From a virus (lineage: Duplodnaviria > Caudoviricetes): 46,258 bases of DNA. The notes below the pieces were generated by a model, which saw nothing but the letters and a program-made list of their open reading frames with translations, did not search any database and was not told where the DNA came from. A program made the position numbers and the translations under genes. Location: IMG/VR virus record IMGVR_UViG_3300045996_000626, positions 1 to 46,258 of that record; one strand, written 5' to 3'. Position 1 is the stretch's first letter, and the number at the start of each line of letters is the position of its first letter. This document shows positions 28,176 through 36,887 of the stretch, piece by piece.

Positions 28176-28293
28176 GGCGCGTTGCAGCGGTTGGCGGCCC
28201 ATAAGTTTCAGCGGAAGCAAAGACTCGCCGGAAACCATAGTTGAGGTCCGCACCCATAACCGGGTTGGCGTTAAAAAGAAGTGCTGGAAGTGA
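28012..28293 (+). CDS. Rz1-like outer-membrane lipoprotein spanin (overlapping, +1 frame)
   Basis: Lipobox LLLATLLTA-C; C.GW.PI.....D..ET......HN.....C pattern. Start codon uncertain. Confidence 0.7.
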   Translation: MNNAKTNGTGRSNKKRRTASRFAPTLSVLLLATLLTACGTTKGTVTTGNAPEVSKARCSGWRPISFSGSKDSPETIVEVRTHNRVGVKKKCWK

Positions 28294-28463
28294 TGCACGA
28301 CCACCCAATGATAACCTCATTCTTTAATTGGCTGTCGGCATTCTCTGTTGTTGGTTCCCTGCTTGGGATTCTTCCGCATGTGGCCGCTGCGCTGGGCGTG
28401 ATCTGGTATTGCGTCCTGCTCTACGACCGCTTCATCACCCAGAGACACAAGACAAATAAATAA
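28293..28463 (+). CDS. Small holin-like membrane protein
   Basis: TGATG coupling; S..VVGSLLGILP.VAA...VIWY pattern and basic C-terminus. Confidence 0.65.
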   Translation: MHDHPMITSFFNWLSAFSVVGSLLGILPHVAAALGVIWYCVLLYDRFITQRHKTNK

Positions 28464-28591
28464 ATGGGGGGCCGCCATGCGGTTCCGCGTCTGGCTCCCC
28501 AACGTGCTGCTGGCAATCGCTGGCACCGCCGGCCTCGCAGCCTTTCTTGTTCTGCGGGTCATCAGTCACAACAGATCAGAAAGAATCTGCA

Positions 28592-29038
28592 ATGCGCCGT
28601 CTCGCTGCGGCTATCGCCGCTTGCTTGCTGCTCGTTTCCCATGCCCACGCTGCGCTCCGCATCAAGTTCGATCCGGGCGGGAGGCTGATTGATTATATCG
28701 AAAAGTACAACATGCTGCGGGAAGCCGAGGCCAAGATCATCATTGACGGCCTTTGCATCTCCGCCTGCACCCTCATTACCGGCATCATCGAGGACGCTAA
28801 CGTCTGCGTCACGAACAACGCCCGGCTTGCATTCCATTCCGCCTCCTATTCCGCCAACGACGCGCATGCCCCAGAGGGAACGCGCTTGGCCTGGGCGATC
28901 TACCCCGAGAAGGTTCGCGCCCTGCTGCGCGCCCGAGGGTGGGACGGCGACAAACCCAACGATGAGAATGCCCATCCCAATCTGATTTACGTCGAAGGCG
29001 TCGAGCTTCGGACGATCTACCGCGACTGTAACGCGTAA
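28592..29038 (+). CDS. Secreted ClpP/crotonase-fold-like protein
   Basis: Signal peptide ending AHA; RI..DPGG...IIDG.C.SACTL...A.L.FH. Confidence 0.65.
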   Translation: MRRLAAAIAACLLLVSHAHAALRIKFDPGGRLIDYIEKYNMLREAEAKIIIDGLCISACTLITGIIEDANVCVTNNARLAFHSASYSANDAHAPEGTRLAWAIYPEKVRALLRARGWDGDKPNDENAHPNLIYVEGVELRTIYRDCNA

Positions 29039-29065
29039 TCCCGTCAACAGCTATTGAGGGACTAC

Positions 29066-29815
29066 ATGGACGCTCCCCGCGTCTGTTTTATCGACATCGA
29101 GACTGCCCCGATCAATGCTTATGCGTGGCAGATGTTCGACACCAATCTTTGTCACGTTGTCGAGCCGACCTATATCCTCTGCTACGCCATCAAGTGGCAG
29201 GGGCAAAAGAAAATCCACACCCACGCGATCTGGGATTATCCAGGGTATGAAACCAACCCCACATCAGACAAGGCCATAGCTGGCGACCTGTGGAAAGACC
29301 TCGATAAGGCGCAAATTATCTGTGCGCACAATGGCGACAATTTCGATCTGAAAAAGATTAAGGCCCGTCTTGTCGTTCACGGTCACGGGCCGCCCTCGCC
29401 TTACAAAACAATCGACACTCTGAAGATTGCTCGGCGCGAGTTCAAGTTCGACTCAAACAAGTTGGACAGCATTGCTCGTTATTTGCAGATAGGCCGCAAG
29501 CTCAAGCACACAGGCATGGACTTGTGGATCGACTGCATGAAGGGCGACGCATCCGCGCAACGGCTCATGGTCCGCTACAATAAGATGGATGTCGTTCTCC
29601 TAGAAGCCGTCTATGAAAAATTAAAAATGTGGGACAGGTCGCATCCGTCAATGACGGCATACGACGACGCCCCCGGCTGCCCAACCTGCCGCAGCCCCAA
29701 CACGCAGCGGCGCGGCATCCACGTTGCCAAGACCCGCAAGGCGCAAAGGATTCACTGTCAGGACTGCGGGGCGTGGTCGCTCGGTGAAGCAATCAAGAAG
29801 GGGGCGGCGGCATGA
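29066..29815 (+). CDS. RNase H-like (DEDD) 3'-5' exonuclease with C-terminal Zn ribbon
   Basis: FIDIET, HNGDNFD, IDTLK, SNKLD, YNKMDV; CPTC...CQDC. Confidence 0.88.
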   Translation: MDAPRVCFIDIETAPINAYAWQMFDTNLCHVVEPTYILCYAIKWQGQKKIHTHAIWDYPGYETNPTSDKAIAGDLWKDLDKAQIICAHNGDNFDLKKIKARLVVHGHGPPSPYKTIDTLKIARREFKFDSNKLDSIARYLQIGRKLKHTGMDLWIDCMKGDASAQRLMVRYNKMDVVLLEAVYEKLKMWDRSHPSMTAYDDAPGCPTCRSPNTQRRGIHVAKTRKAQRIHCQDCGAWSLGEAIKKGAAA

Positions 29816-30006
29816 TGGACGATGACGAAGGCTACCCCCCGGAGGGCGGCTGTCTCGGCGTTGGCTCAACTCACACAATCTCGGAGAGGGCGGTGCGGAA
29901 AGTAAAGAAAGAACCCATTGGCTTTGTGCATTTCCCCGACAAGCCGGAAGCCAAGGCCAAGCGCGTGAGAGTTGCAAAGCCGAAGCCAAAGAGGCGCAAG
30001 CGATGA
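29812..30006 (+). CDS. Small basic hypothetical protein
   Basis: ATGA overlap; PIGFV motif; Lys/Arg-rich tail. Confidence 0.6.
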   Translation: MMDDDEGYPPEGGCLGVGSTHTISERAVRKVKKEPIGFVHFPDKPEAKAKRVRVAKPKPKRRKR

Positions 30007-30155
30007 TCGCGCAAATCGCTATGTGGAGCGCGGGCGTCTGCTATCTCACGGCAGCGGGGGCCTATTACTTCATTGAACGACAACCGTGGACCGCAACAAC
30101 GATGCTGCTTTACGCCGCGTCGGTTATCACCGTTTGGATGGCAGGGACCAAATGA
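30003..30155 (+). CDS. Small two-TM protein (50 aa)
   Basis: Not in the track; MIAQIAMWSAGVCYLTAAGAYYFIERQPWTATTMLLYAASVITVWMAGTK*; ATGA overlaps at both ends. Confidence 0.6.
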   Translation: MIAQIAMWSAGVCYLTAAGAYYFIERQPWTATTMLLYAASVITVWMAGTK

Positions 30156-30532
30156 ACCAACCTCTCGCGCTCTTGAGAAAGTATGACCTCGTTTATATCG
30201 CCTCCCCCTACAGCCTCTATCCTGGCGGGCGCGAGGCGGCCTGTGCCGAAGTCTCCAAGGTGGCCGGCGATCTCATCATTGAGGGCGTCAAGGTGCTGGC
30301 TCCAATCCCCCACAGTCACACGATCTGCGAGTTCTCAGAACTGGACCCGCTCGACCATGATCTGTGGATGGAGCAGGACGAGGCATTGATGAGCGCGTGC
30401 GATGCGCTGGTTGTGGTGACGTTTACAGGCTGGGATAATTCACACGGCATCGCGATGGAGCGTGATTTCTTTAGGCATACGCTCAAGCGTCCTATACACT
30501 TCCTTGACCCCTTCAGCATGGCTCTAAGCTGA
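30152..30532 (+). CDS. DUF1937-family (nucleoside deoxyribosyltransferase-like) protein
   Basis: LVYIASPYS, PIPHSH, W...D..LM..CD.LVV....GW..S.G...E. Confidence 0.85.
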   Translation: MNQPLALLRKYDLVYIASPYSLYPGGREAACAEVSKVAGDLIIEGVKVLAPIPHSHTICEFSELDPLDHDLWMEQDEALMSACDALVVVTFTGWDNSHGIAMERDFFRHTLKRPIHFLDPFSMALS

Positions 30533-30708
30533 TGGCGGTCGAGACGTTCAGGGCCATCGCAACCAAGACTGTCATTGATGGCGAGGATGTTGTTGTTACC
30601 CATGCCGTCGAGGGTGGCAGGACCATTCGCATGGTCTATGGGTTTGCCCAGTTGGCGGCGTTAATCATGGCAGCGCGAAACGGAATGCCGGAAGTGGAGG
30701 GGGAATGA
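30532..30708 (+). CDS. Hypothetical protein (58 aa)
   Basis: Coupled at both ends; MAVETFRAIATK... Confidence 0.55.
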   Translation: MAVETFRAIATKTVIDGEDVVVTHAVEGGRTIRMVYGFAQLAALIMAARNGMPEVEGE

Positions 30709-31007
30709 AAGCGAGCGAGATAGCGACCGAGGCGGCGCGGTTGGTTAACGGGGACCGGAATGCCGCCCACGGTGACGCGGTAGCCAATCACCAAGCCATT
30801 GCCGACCTGTGGAACGGTTATCTGTTGGCCCGCCGCTGTGTCAATAACGGAGAAGCTAATCTAGGTCCCGAAGACGTCGCCAACATGATGGAACTGCTGA
30901 AGGTGGCTCGCCGGCTAAACGGCAAGTTTAACGCCGACGACTATATTGACGGGGCAGGATATGCCGCCGTTGCCGGGGAGATCAGGTCGAGGCAGCACGA
31001 CAGGTAG
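30705..31007 (+). CDS. DUF6378-family protein
   Basis: A..LVNGDR...HGD...N...IA.LW..YL...DVA.MM.LLKVAR...D.YID.AGYAA. Confidence 0.85.
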   Translation: MKASEIATEAARLVNGDRNAAHGDAVANHQAIADLWNGYLLARRCVNNGEANLGPEDVANMMELLKVARRLNGKFNADDYIDGAGYAAVAGEIRSRQHDR

Positions 31008-31176
31008 GTGCCGGGGATTGTACTGCAAGCATTCAGCGCACGCCGGTATCGGGTTGCACAACAGACATAGGGGACACTCTGGTGTGCTGACACATCCTGG
31101 CGGCCACAGCCCACGATTACTGTAGCTGCCGAAGTGTATATGGTGAAACCTGCCGCGCATCCATCCCAACATCCCA

Positions 31177-31404
31177 CTAGTTAAGGTTTTGATCCACTCT
31201 TTGCTCCCAGAGCTTGCCATCCTTCCCGCAACTGCCTTGCCGAACTAGCCAGCAGGGGGCCGCACTGGGCCTCCCGGTGACGGGCGAAATATCGTTCCTG
31301 ATGCTGGGATGGCGACAGCAGGCGAGCATATTGACGCCCTCGGCGGAGGCGCAACTGGCGAACTGGAAGATGTGTTTGCAGTCGATGCAGAGTTTTATAC
31401 CCAT
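31177..31404 (-). CDS. Cys-rich hypothetical protein
   Basis: KLCIDCKH...C.HP....SPVTG.....C...R...CG..GKLWE. Confidence 0.7.
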   Translation of the reverse strand: MGIKLCIDCKHIFQFASCASAEGVNMLACCRHPSIRNDISPVTGRPSAAPCWLVRQGSCGKDGKLWEQRVDQNLN

Positions 31405-31493
31405 CCGAGAAGCCTCCCTATCAAGATAAAGAAAACGGCATACAGGGACAGGGCTAGCGAAATAGTAATGATGGCCCAGAACCAAGGCATCAT

Positions 31494-31724
31494 CTATCTC
31501 TCTGAGGAGGAGGGGGGTTCAATCTCACTCTGTGGGCTTTGCGTAGGATCATCGGTCACCCGGGCGCACTCAAGCGTGGCGTGCGCATTTAGGTAAGCGC
31601 AAACAATGCGCCGAACGAACTCGGTGTCACGCTCGCCCTTCTGCTTACACATCGCGGTAGTCTCGGCGGCCAAGAGGGCGGCCATGCTGCTTAGATTGCG
31701 CGGTTCAATCATCCCTTTACCCAT
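31494..31724 (-). CDS. Hypothetical protein carrying the 46-bp repeat
   Basis: GGA RBS; overlaps the upstream gene. Confidence 0.6.
   Translation of the reverse strand: MGKGMIEPRNLSSMAALLAAETTAMCKQKGERDTEFVRRIVCAYLNAHATLECARVTDDPTQSPQSEIEPPSSSER
31518..31563. repeat. 46-bp exact direct repeat, copy 1
   Basis: TTCAATCTCACTCTGTGGGCTTTGCGTAGGATCATCGGTCACCCGG is identical to 31900-31945. Confidence 0.95.
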
Positions 31725-32139
31725 TTTCCTTGCAGCAATTAATGCAGTAACGCTCCACCTCGCCGCTCATCGTCGTTCGGAAGCTTCGATCATCTGCGCC
31801 GAATGTTTGCTCGCACCCGGCGCACTTCCACCGATGGCCAACGGCCTTTAGGAATGTGTCGTAAAATTTCGCAACGATTGGAGGGGGGTTTTCATCGGTT
31901 TCAATCTCACTCTGTGGGCTTTGCGTAGGATCATCGGTCACCCGGTTGTCCGTTGCTCGGCGGTTCCAGACGGCGCGCGCCGACTTGTGGTCGTAGTAGC
32001 TGACGTGCGGGTTTACGCATCCATCCGTGATGCAATGAATCATAAGGCCGCGCTGCCCTTCTCCCGAGCCGTAGACTTCGGGGGCCTTTCCGCAGAAAGG
32101 ACATTCGAGAACCCGCTTTTCTGCGTCAGTCTTTGGCAT
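31717..32139 (-). CDS. Lar-family restriction-alleviation domain fused to a second Zn-finger
   Basis: LECPFCG...C....C......A..VWNRRA, then a linker and CAGC...CINC. Confidence 0.75.
   Translation of the reverse strand: MPKTDAEKRVLECPFCGKAPEVYGSGEGQRGLMIHCITDGCVNPHVSYYDHKSARAVWNRRATDNRVTDDPTQSPQSEIETDENPPPIVAKFYDTFLKAVGHRWKCAGCEQTFGADDRSFRTTMSGEVERYCINCCKENG
31900..31945. repeat. 46-bp exact direct repeat, copy 2
   Basis: Identical to 31518-31563. Confidence 0.95.
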
Positions 32140-32308
32140 TGGCAATGGTCCGTTGAAGCCGCTCGACTGCACAATCAACAAGATGTTTGAATGCCGGAGA
32201 GATTGGTTCCTTTTCAGACATGACGACAAGATGGGCGATCAATCCTTCAGCGTCGTTCTCCGCCCTCAGATCACCAGTCATGAATCCCTGTGGTAGTTGT
32301 CCCATCAT
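32126..32308 (-). CDS. Hypothetical protein
   Basis: AAGGA RBS; packed in the leftward operon. Confidence 0.55.
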   Translation of the reverse strand: MMGQLPQGFMTGDLRAENDAEGLIAHLVVMSEKEPISPAFKHLVDCAVERLQRTIANAKD

Positions 32309-32430
32309 CTATCCTTTAGGAGGAGGGGGTAACTTTAGCCACGCCCGTAACGCACGAACGAACAAAGTGAGCGCAAAGGCGGCGACGCCTAAAAAGAAAG
32401 TAAAGGAAGCAATGTCTATCCAGTCACCGT

Positions 32431-32652
32431 TCATTTGGGCGGCTCCGGTAACGGCATCCAGTGGGTGGGAGCCTCTGGCAGAATGACGTAGCCGCGTCCT
32501 GCTGGCCCTGTAGGCGTTGACCAATATCCGGGACCACCTTCGTATTGAAGTGCCCACCATGCTTCCTTGACTTCTTGGGCGCTGCCCGGCACGAAGATAA
32601 GAATAGGCGTCCCATCCTTCGGAGCGCTCGCAATATCCTGCCACTCGCTCAT
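32431..32652 (-). CDS. DUF551-family protein
   Basis: MSEWQDIASAPKDGTPIL...PTHWMPLPEPP. Confidence 0.85.
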   Translation of the reverse strand: MSEWQDIASAPKDGTPILIFVPGSAQEVKEAWWALQYEGGPGYWSTPTGPAGRGYVILPEAPTHWMPLPEPPK

Positions 32653-32776
32653 TGCTTTGGTCTCTCTGCTGGGCGACATGTGCATTGAGAAAACGGCCAT
32701 CGCCTCCATATCGCCCAACCCGTAGGCGAGGCGGCGCAGCGGTCAACGTATTCGGCATAGCCGGGAGTGGCGGGTT

Positions 32777-33550
32777 TCATTTGGCACCCCCGTAAATGTG
32801 GGCGATGACGGCGCGGGCGTCAGACAGAAACGTGTCTTTGCATTCTTCCCAAGGGTCGATCAGTATTCCAGCGCAATCCTTACCGCTCGCCTTCGACATG
32901 ACTTCGCGGGCGAGTTCGCCGCGCTTGCGTTCGCATTCGTAAAGAACCCGTGCTATCTCCTCCTCCCCCATAGGGGGTGGGGCGGGAGCGACGGCCATCA
33001 TGTTCTTGTAAACGTCCCGGAAAGAATGACCGCCCGCAGCAAGACACATCGCAACTGTCGGCTCCTTCGGCACTAGCTGCCAGTCCCCCTCCTCGGGGCG
33101 GAAGCCGCGTATATCAGCATCAACCGTTGCCGATTCCTCAAGCGGGTCTGGGGCAGGAGCGGGGGTGTCGATGAGGGCGCGGATGGCTTTGGCGATTTCG
33201 TTGGTGTCACAGTCTTCAGTTTCCTCAGCCACCTTCGCCGCTTCTTTCAGCGCCGCTGCCTTGGCTTGGGAGAGTTGGGCTTCGGCGGCTTGGAGTGCGG
33301 CGCTCAACGCCTCCCATTCACCCTTCCAATATGCCTCCTCTCGCTTCCAATTCGCCACCTCTCCCGTCAGGCGTTCTACCTCTGCTTCCTCTAGCCTGTA
33401 GCTTTTCATCCACAGGTCGCGCTCTTTAGTCAGGCGTTCTATGGCGTCGGCGGCTTGGCAGGGACGGCAGCGAGCAACGGTGGACGGGTCGCACCAGCAG
33501 TCCTCCCGCAGCCTCCCCATCAGTTCTGCATAGTCTGGGGTGTCAGTCAT
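32777..33550 (-). CDS. Mosaic early protein (coiled coil plus small phage modules)
   Basis: AADAIERL, ALKEAAKVAE, WQLVPKEPT.AM..A and EEIARVL...DARAVI modules. Confidence 0.75.
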   Translation of the reverse strand: MTDTPDYAELMGRLREDCWCDPSTVARCRPCQAADAIERLTKERDLWMKSYRLEEAEVERLTGEVANWKREEAYWKGEWEALSAALQAAEAQLSQAKAAALKEAAKVAEETEDCDTNEIAKAIRALIDTPAPAPDPLEESATVDADIRGFRPEEGDWQLVPKEPTVAMCLAAGGHSFRDVYKNMMAVAPAPPPMGEEEIARVLYECERKRGELAREVMSKASGKDCAGILIDPWEECKDTFLSDARAVIAHIYGGAK

Positions 33551-33707
33551 AGGATTTCTCGGGGTCTTGAGTGCGGTCGCAATACTCTGCGAGCAGCATG
33601 GAAAGCTCCCCTATTTTCCGGTCGGCGGCTTGCAGGGCTTCCTCGGTTCTGACGCATCTTTGATGCCAGCGCTCGACCTCGGCGCGAAGGGTTTCAATCT
33701 CACTCAT
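33543..33707 (-). CDS. Small coiled-coil protein
   Basis: MSEIETLRAEVER...; overlaps both neighbours. Confidence 0.6.
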   Translation of the reverse strand: MSEIETLRAEVERWHQRCVRTEEALQAADRKIGELSMLLAEYCDRTQDPEKSYD

Positions 33708-34027
33708 CGAAACGGCCTGCTCGGTATCTTTCGACGGCCCGGCTTTTTGATCCCCAGGTGCTTGGCGCGAACGTTCAAAGCCTTGTCGATCATCGCCCGG
33801 TCCTGCTTTGTTTTGATCTTCGCGCATATGCGATGGGCCATTCCCCGGTTGTCGTCGTGGTTCGATCCGCCAAGTGCGAGCGGGATGATATGTTCGTCAA
33901 TGAACGGCTCCCCTCTCGCGATAGGAAGCCCACACACGCAACAGATTCCACCCTTGCGGTCGTGCTGGTCGATCCTCTGCCGGCGCGTCAGTGGCTTCCT
34001 GCGCTCCGGTATGACCGGCTCAGTCAT
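33704..34027 (-). CDS. HNH endonuclease
   Basis: CCVCG...DEHIIPLALGG....DN....HRIC...KT. Confidence 0.88.
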   Translation of the reverse strand: MTEPVIPERRKPLTRRQRIDQHDRKGGICCVCGLPIARGEPFIDEHIIPLALGGSNHDDNRGMAHRICAKIKTKQDRAMIDKALNVRAKHLGIKKPGRRKIPSRPFR

Positions 34028-34205
34028 CCTCAAAGCATTCCATGCACTCGCCGCTGCCGCCGCAGTCCTCACATTCGGAATCCTCGCCGTCATCGCACCA
34101 AATCACGCCGTCGCCCTGACAGTTCCAGCACCACCCGGAATCCTCGCACGCTTGGCAAGCTAAAGCTTCATCTCCGCTCGCCTTGTCGCTGCCTCGCTGT
34201 TCCAT
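34020..34205 (-). CDS. Small DnaJ-type CxxCxGxG zinc-finger protein
   Basis: CQACEDSG, CWNCQGDG, CEDCGGSG, CMEC; start uncertain. Confidence 0.5.
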   Translation of the reverse strand: MEQRGSDKASGDEALACQACEDSGWCWNCQGDGVIWCDDGEDSECEDCGGSGECMECFEDD

Positions 34206-34477
34206 TCCTGAAACCGCATCCGCAGCCATTCCAATTTCACCTTTAAAAGGTTTGCCCGCTGGCGAGCGGCGCACATGGCCTCTATGTACTCTTTCCATCG
34301 TCCTGACCCCTTTATGGTCATTTCAGCTTTGCTGACCGGCATTTCACCTAGCTCGGCCATCCATTGACTGAGCGTCGCGGTCTTGCATTCCTCCAAGACA
34401 CTGGCCGCAGCATCGGCATCAACCCATTCCTTAGCGACGATCCGAAACTGCTCGGACAGCGGTTGATTCTCGTTCAT
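34160..34477 (-). CDS. Conserved phage protein in the recombination module
   Basis: PLSEQFR..AK.WVD.D.AA..LEE.K...S..ATRRAEMKL. Confidence 0.75.
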   Translation of the reverse strand: MNENQPLSEQFRIVAKEWVDADAAASVLEECKTATLSQWMAELGEMPVSKAEMTIKGSGRWKEYIEAMCAARQRANLLKVKLEWLRMRFQEWNSEAATRRAEMKL

Positions 34478-34761
34478 TAGAACGGAATCTCGTCGTCCAT
34501 TTCCTGCTTTAGCGGGGGCTTGGGCGCGGCCCTTTGGGAAATGGGCGCTGATGCTCGCGTTGGCGCTGGCGGCTCGCCCTGCCTCTGGCGCGGCTCCTGT
34601 ATCTTCATCGAATACCCGCCGCCGTCCCTTGGCCACAGCGCAACCTCGACAGTCTCCCCGCGCCATTTTGCCTTGCCCTTGTGGGTGGGCTTGGTGTCTC
34701 CCCCCTGGTGATAATCGTTCGGGAACAGCGTGCCGCTGCCTTCCTTGTGTTCGAATGCCAT
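34477..34761 (-). CDS. Single-stranded DNA-binding-like protein
   Basis: GSGTLF.N...P.H.G....VALW...S; acidic tail DDEIPF; next to the putative recombinase. Confidence 0.75.
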   Translation of the reverse strand: MAFEHKEGSGTLFPNDYHQGGDTKPTHKGKAKWRGETVEVALWPRDGGGYSMKIQEPRQRQGEPPAPTRASAPISQRAAPKPPLKQEMDDEIPF

Positions 34762-34762
34762 T

Positions 34763-35458
34763 TCAAGCCACCTTTCCGTTTCCGTTTGCTTTGCGTAGGT
34801 CGTTCCGATGTGCTGCAAATTGTTTCCGCAAGATTTCCTGCCAGTCGATAGGGTAGGATTCGATCCTGTCGGCGTTGCGCTGCCCCCAAGCCTTCAAGGC
34901 GTCCTCGTCCTTGATTTGATAAATCTCGAATTGAGCCTTTGAGTAGTCGTCGCGGGCGTTCTTTTTCGAAAGCCGCTCAATCCGGTCATCGCCTTTGGGA
35001 ATGTTGTCGACGGGGTTGCCGTGGTTGTCGTATTCGACTTCCTCGTCGTAAACGTCCTCGGGCCGGGTGACATGCGGGTTCTCGCGCCTCTTGAAGTCCT
35101 CCGCGTCCTCCTCGGAATACATTCCGGCTTGGCTGCCGTTGAGCAGCTTTAGAATCACCCGGTCCTTGGCCCGCTTCTCGGCCATCGCGAACGGGTAGCC
35201 GTTCTTGTTGTTGTAGGGGGCCGCCTCTCCGATGGACCATTCTCGCTTTTCTCCCATCTTGCCGGTCACACACAGAGAGGCGATTTTGTCGGCGGCATGA
35301 AACTCAAGCATCAGCGGCGGCTCAAAGGTGATGCCGTTCTCGCTCGCTAGGCGCTCAAGCGCCGCGTGTTTGATGGCATAGGTGCGGGGGCGAACCTCCC
35401 ATATCTCATCTTTGTCTAGGCGGTGCTTCTTGATAAATTCATCAACTGCGTTTGCCAT
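34763..35458 (-). CDS. Putative ssDNA-annealing recombinase
   Basis: IKH.ALE...WSIGEA.P.N.KN.YPFAMAEKRAKDRVILKL...YSEE.A..F; beside the SSB-like gene. Function is inferred. Confidence 0.65.
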   Translation of the reverse strand: MANAVDEFIKKHRLDKDEIWEVRPRTYAIKHAALERLASENGITFEPPLMLEFHAADKIASLCVTGKMGEKREWSIGEAAPYNNKNGYPFAMAEKRAKDRVILKLLNGSQAGMYSEEDAEDFKRRENPHVTRPEDVYDEEVEYDNHGNPVDNIPKGDDRIERLSKKNARDDYSKAQFEIYQIKDEDALKAWGQRNADRIESYPIDWQEILRKQFAAHRNDLRKANGNGKVA

Positions 35459-35462
35459 CGTC

Positions 35463-35657
35463 CTACTCCGCCACTACGGGGGTTCGGGCGACAATCCCGG
35501 CAGCCTCGGCCTTGGCGATGGCTTCGCGGATGCGAGCTAGCACAGCGTTGCCGCTGCCCGTCTCTCCGAACTTGTCGTGCAGATAGTCGATTTGAACTTC
35601 AGCTTCCTTCAGGGGAGCCAACAAATCGCCCGCAATCTCAATTAGAATGAAGTTCAT
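35463..35657 (-). CDS. Hypothetical early protein
   Basis: DLLA.LK...REAIAKAE module. Confidence 0.6.
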   Translation of the reverse strand: MNFILIEIAGDLLAPLKEAEVQIDYLHDKFGETGSGNAVLARIREAIAKAEAAGIVARTPVVAE

Positions 35658-35959
35658 GGTCCTAACTCCGCTGACAGGATGATGGTGGGGGTGCGGGTCG
35701 GGTTGCGTTCCCCCTCGTCGATCCCGTTCGCAAGCCGGTACTGATTGACCGCATCCTCAATGAGCGCGTCCAGTTCGTGGCGATGCTCGATGAGGGCGTT
35801 GATGTTGGTCCGCTGGCGCAATTCCTTTGCCCCCTCGCGGTGCAGCATGAAGTCGCGCAGGTCCGCAATCACGCCCCCTAGCGTGCAGATGCGGGTGAAG
35901 GCGGTGCCCTCGGGGGTGGTCTGCCATTTGGTGATCAGGTCGAAATCTGCGTCGGTCAT
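35654..35959 (-). CDS. Hypothetical early protein
   Basis: GAGG RBS; overlaps the next gene. Confidence 0.65.
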   Translation of the reverse strand: MTDADFDLITKWQTTPEGTAFTRICTLGGVIADLRDFMLHREGAKELRQRTNINALIEHRHELDALIEDAVNQYRLANGIDEGERNPTRTPTIILSAELGP

Positions 35960-36350
35960 TATGCCTCTCCCGGATGTCTGCGTTCAAACTCAAGCCATTC
36001 CTCTATCGCCAGCTGGATATGTGCCGCCAGCCTCACCGTGACCTGTGGGTCAAGGTGGAACTCTGCCGGCTCATCTTCCAGAAAATGCTCGGCAAGATCG
36101 AAGCATTTGCTATCGAAGGTTTTAAGCATCACAGAACCCCCATCCAGTAGATCACCATCCAGATAAAGAGGACGAGGGACATGAAATTACATGTTTCATA
36201 GATGACGGTTTTCATGGTTCTCCTCCGTTTCGCGGCGCAGTTGTTCGTCGTCCTGGCAGCCCTCGGCGCAATAGAACGTCTCGATGCCAGTCACCCAACC
36301 TCGGGCCAGTTCCACATTCTCGGCTTGGCATACGTCACAGGTTCCCACCA

Positions 36351-36707
36351 TCACGCCCTCCCATCGTTAGCCAGTGGCGGGGCAACAACGCGGACGTAAT
36401 CAGCCCGAGCCAGCATTTCGCGGGTGCGCTTGACCGCCTCGTCCCAGACGGTGGCGTTCCTTGGATAATGCGCCCGCAGCAGCGCCACGCATTCCCGTTG
36501 CTCGCAAGCGCATTGGCTCAATTCCCGAATAAGCTCTCCGCAATAGGCGCGGGCGCTCAGAAGGTTGAGCCACGTTTCCAGGGCCTCATCACTCCGCCAG
36601 CCGTGCGGCTGCGTTGGGTCGCCCCCGTCATTATCCTTAATGAAATCGGCGGCATCATCCAGCACGGCAGTTAATGATGATCGGGTTATCGGCATCGTCG
36701 TAATCAT
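36351..36707 (-). CDS. Hypothetical early protein
   Basis: ATGA overlap with the upstream gene. Confidence 0.6.
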   Translation of the reverse strand: MITTMPITRSSLTAVLDDAADFIKDNDGGDPTQPHGWRSDEALETWLNLLSARAYCGELIRELSQCACEQRECVALLRAHYPRNATVWDEAVKRTREMLARADYVRVVAPPLANDGRA

Positions 36708-36886
36708 CCGGCTTTTAATTGCTCTGGCGTGACTTCCTTCCACTCGTTCTGTTCAAGGTGAGCAGCGGCATGGATGAGAACGTCCTTACTGGTTCCGCAG
36801 CGAAGCCAGCCGCCGCATGAACAGGTTGCTTTCCATTGCCATTCGTCGGTTACGCTTTGCTCGTATTTGATCTTGTGTTCGGTCAT
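36704..36886 (-). CDS. Small Zn-finger-like protein
   Basis: W.ATCSCG......A..H motif. Confidence 0.6.
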   Translation of the reverse strand: MTEHKIKYEQSVTDEWQWKATCSCGGWLRCGTSKDVLIHAAAHLEQNEWKEVTPEQLKAG

Positions 36887-36887
36887 G

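Noticed and set aside
30915-31220. Cys-rich minus-strand ORFs or attP at the convergence point
   Set aside because: Two competing frames with no clear RBS or motif, and no att-like repeats seen; left unannotated.
31518-31945. CRISPR array or attL/attR pair
   Set aside because: Only two copies 382 bp apart, both in coding frame; no cas or integrase genes recognised.
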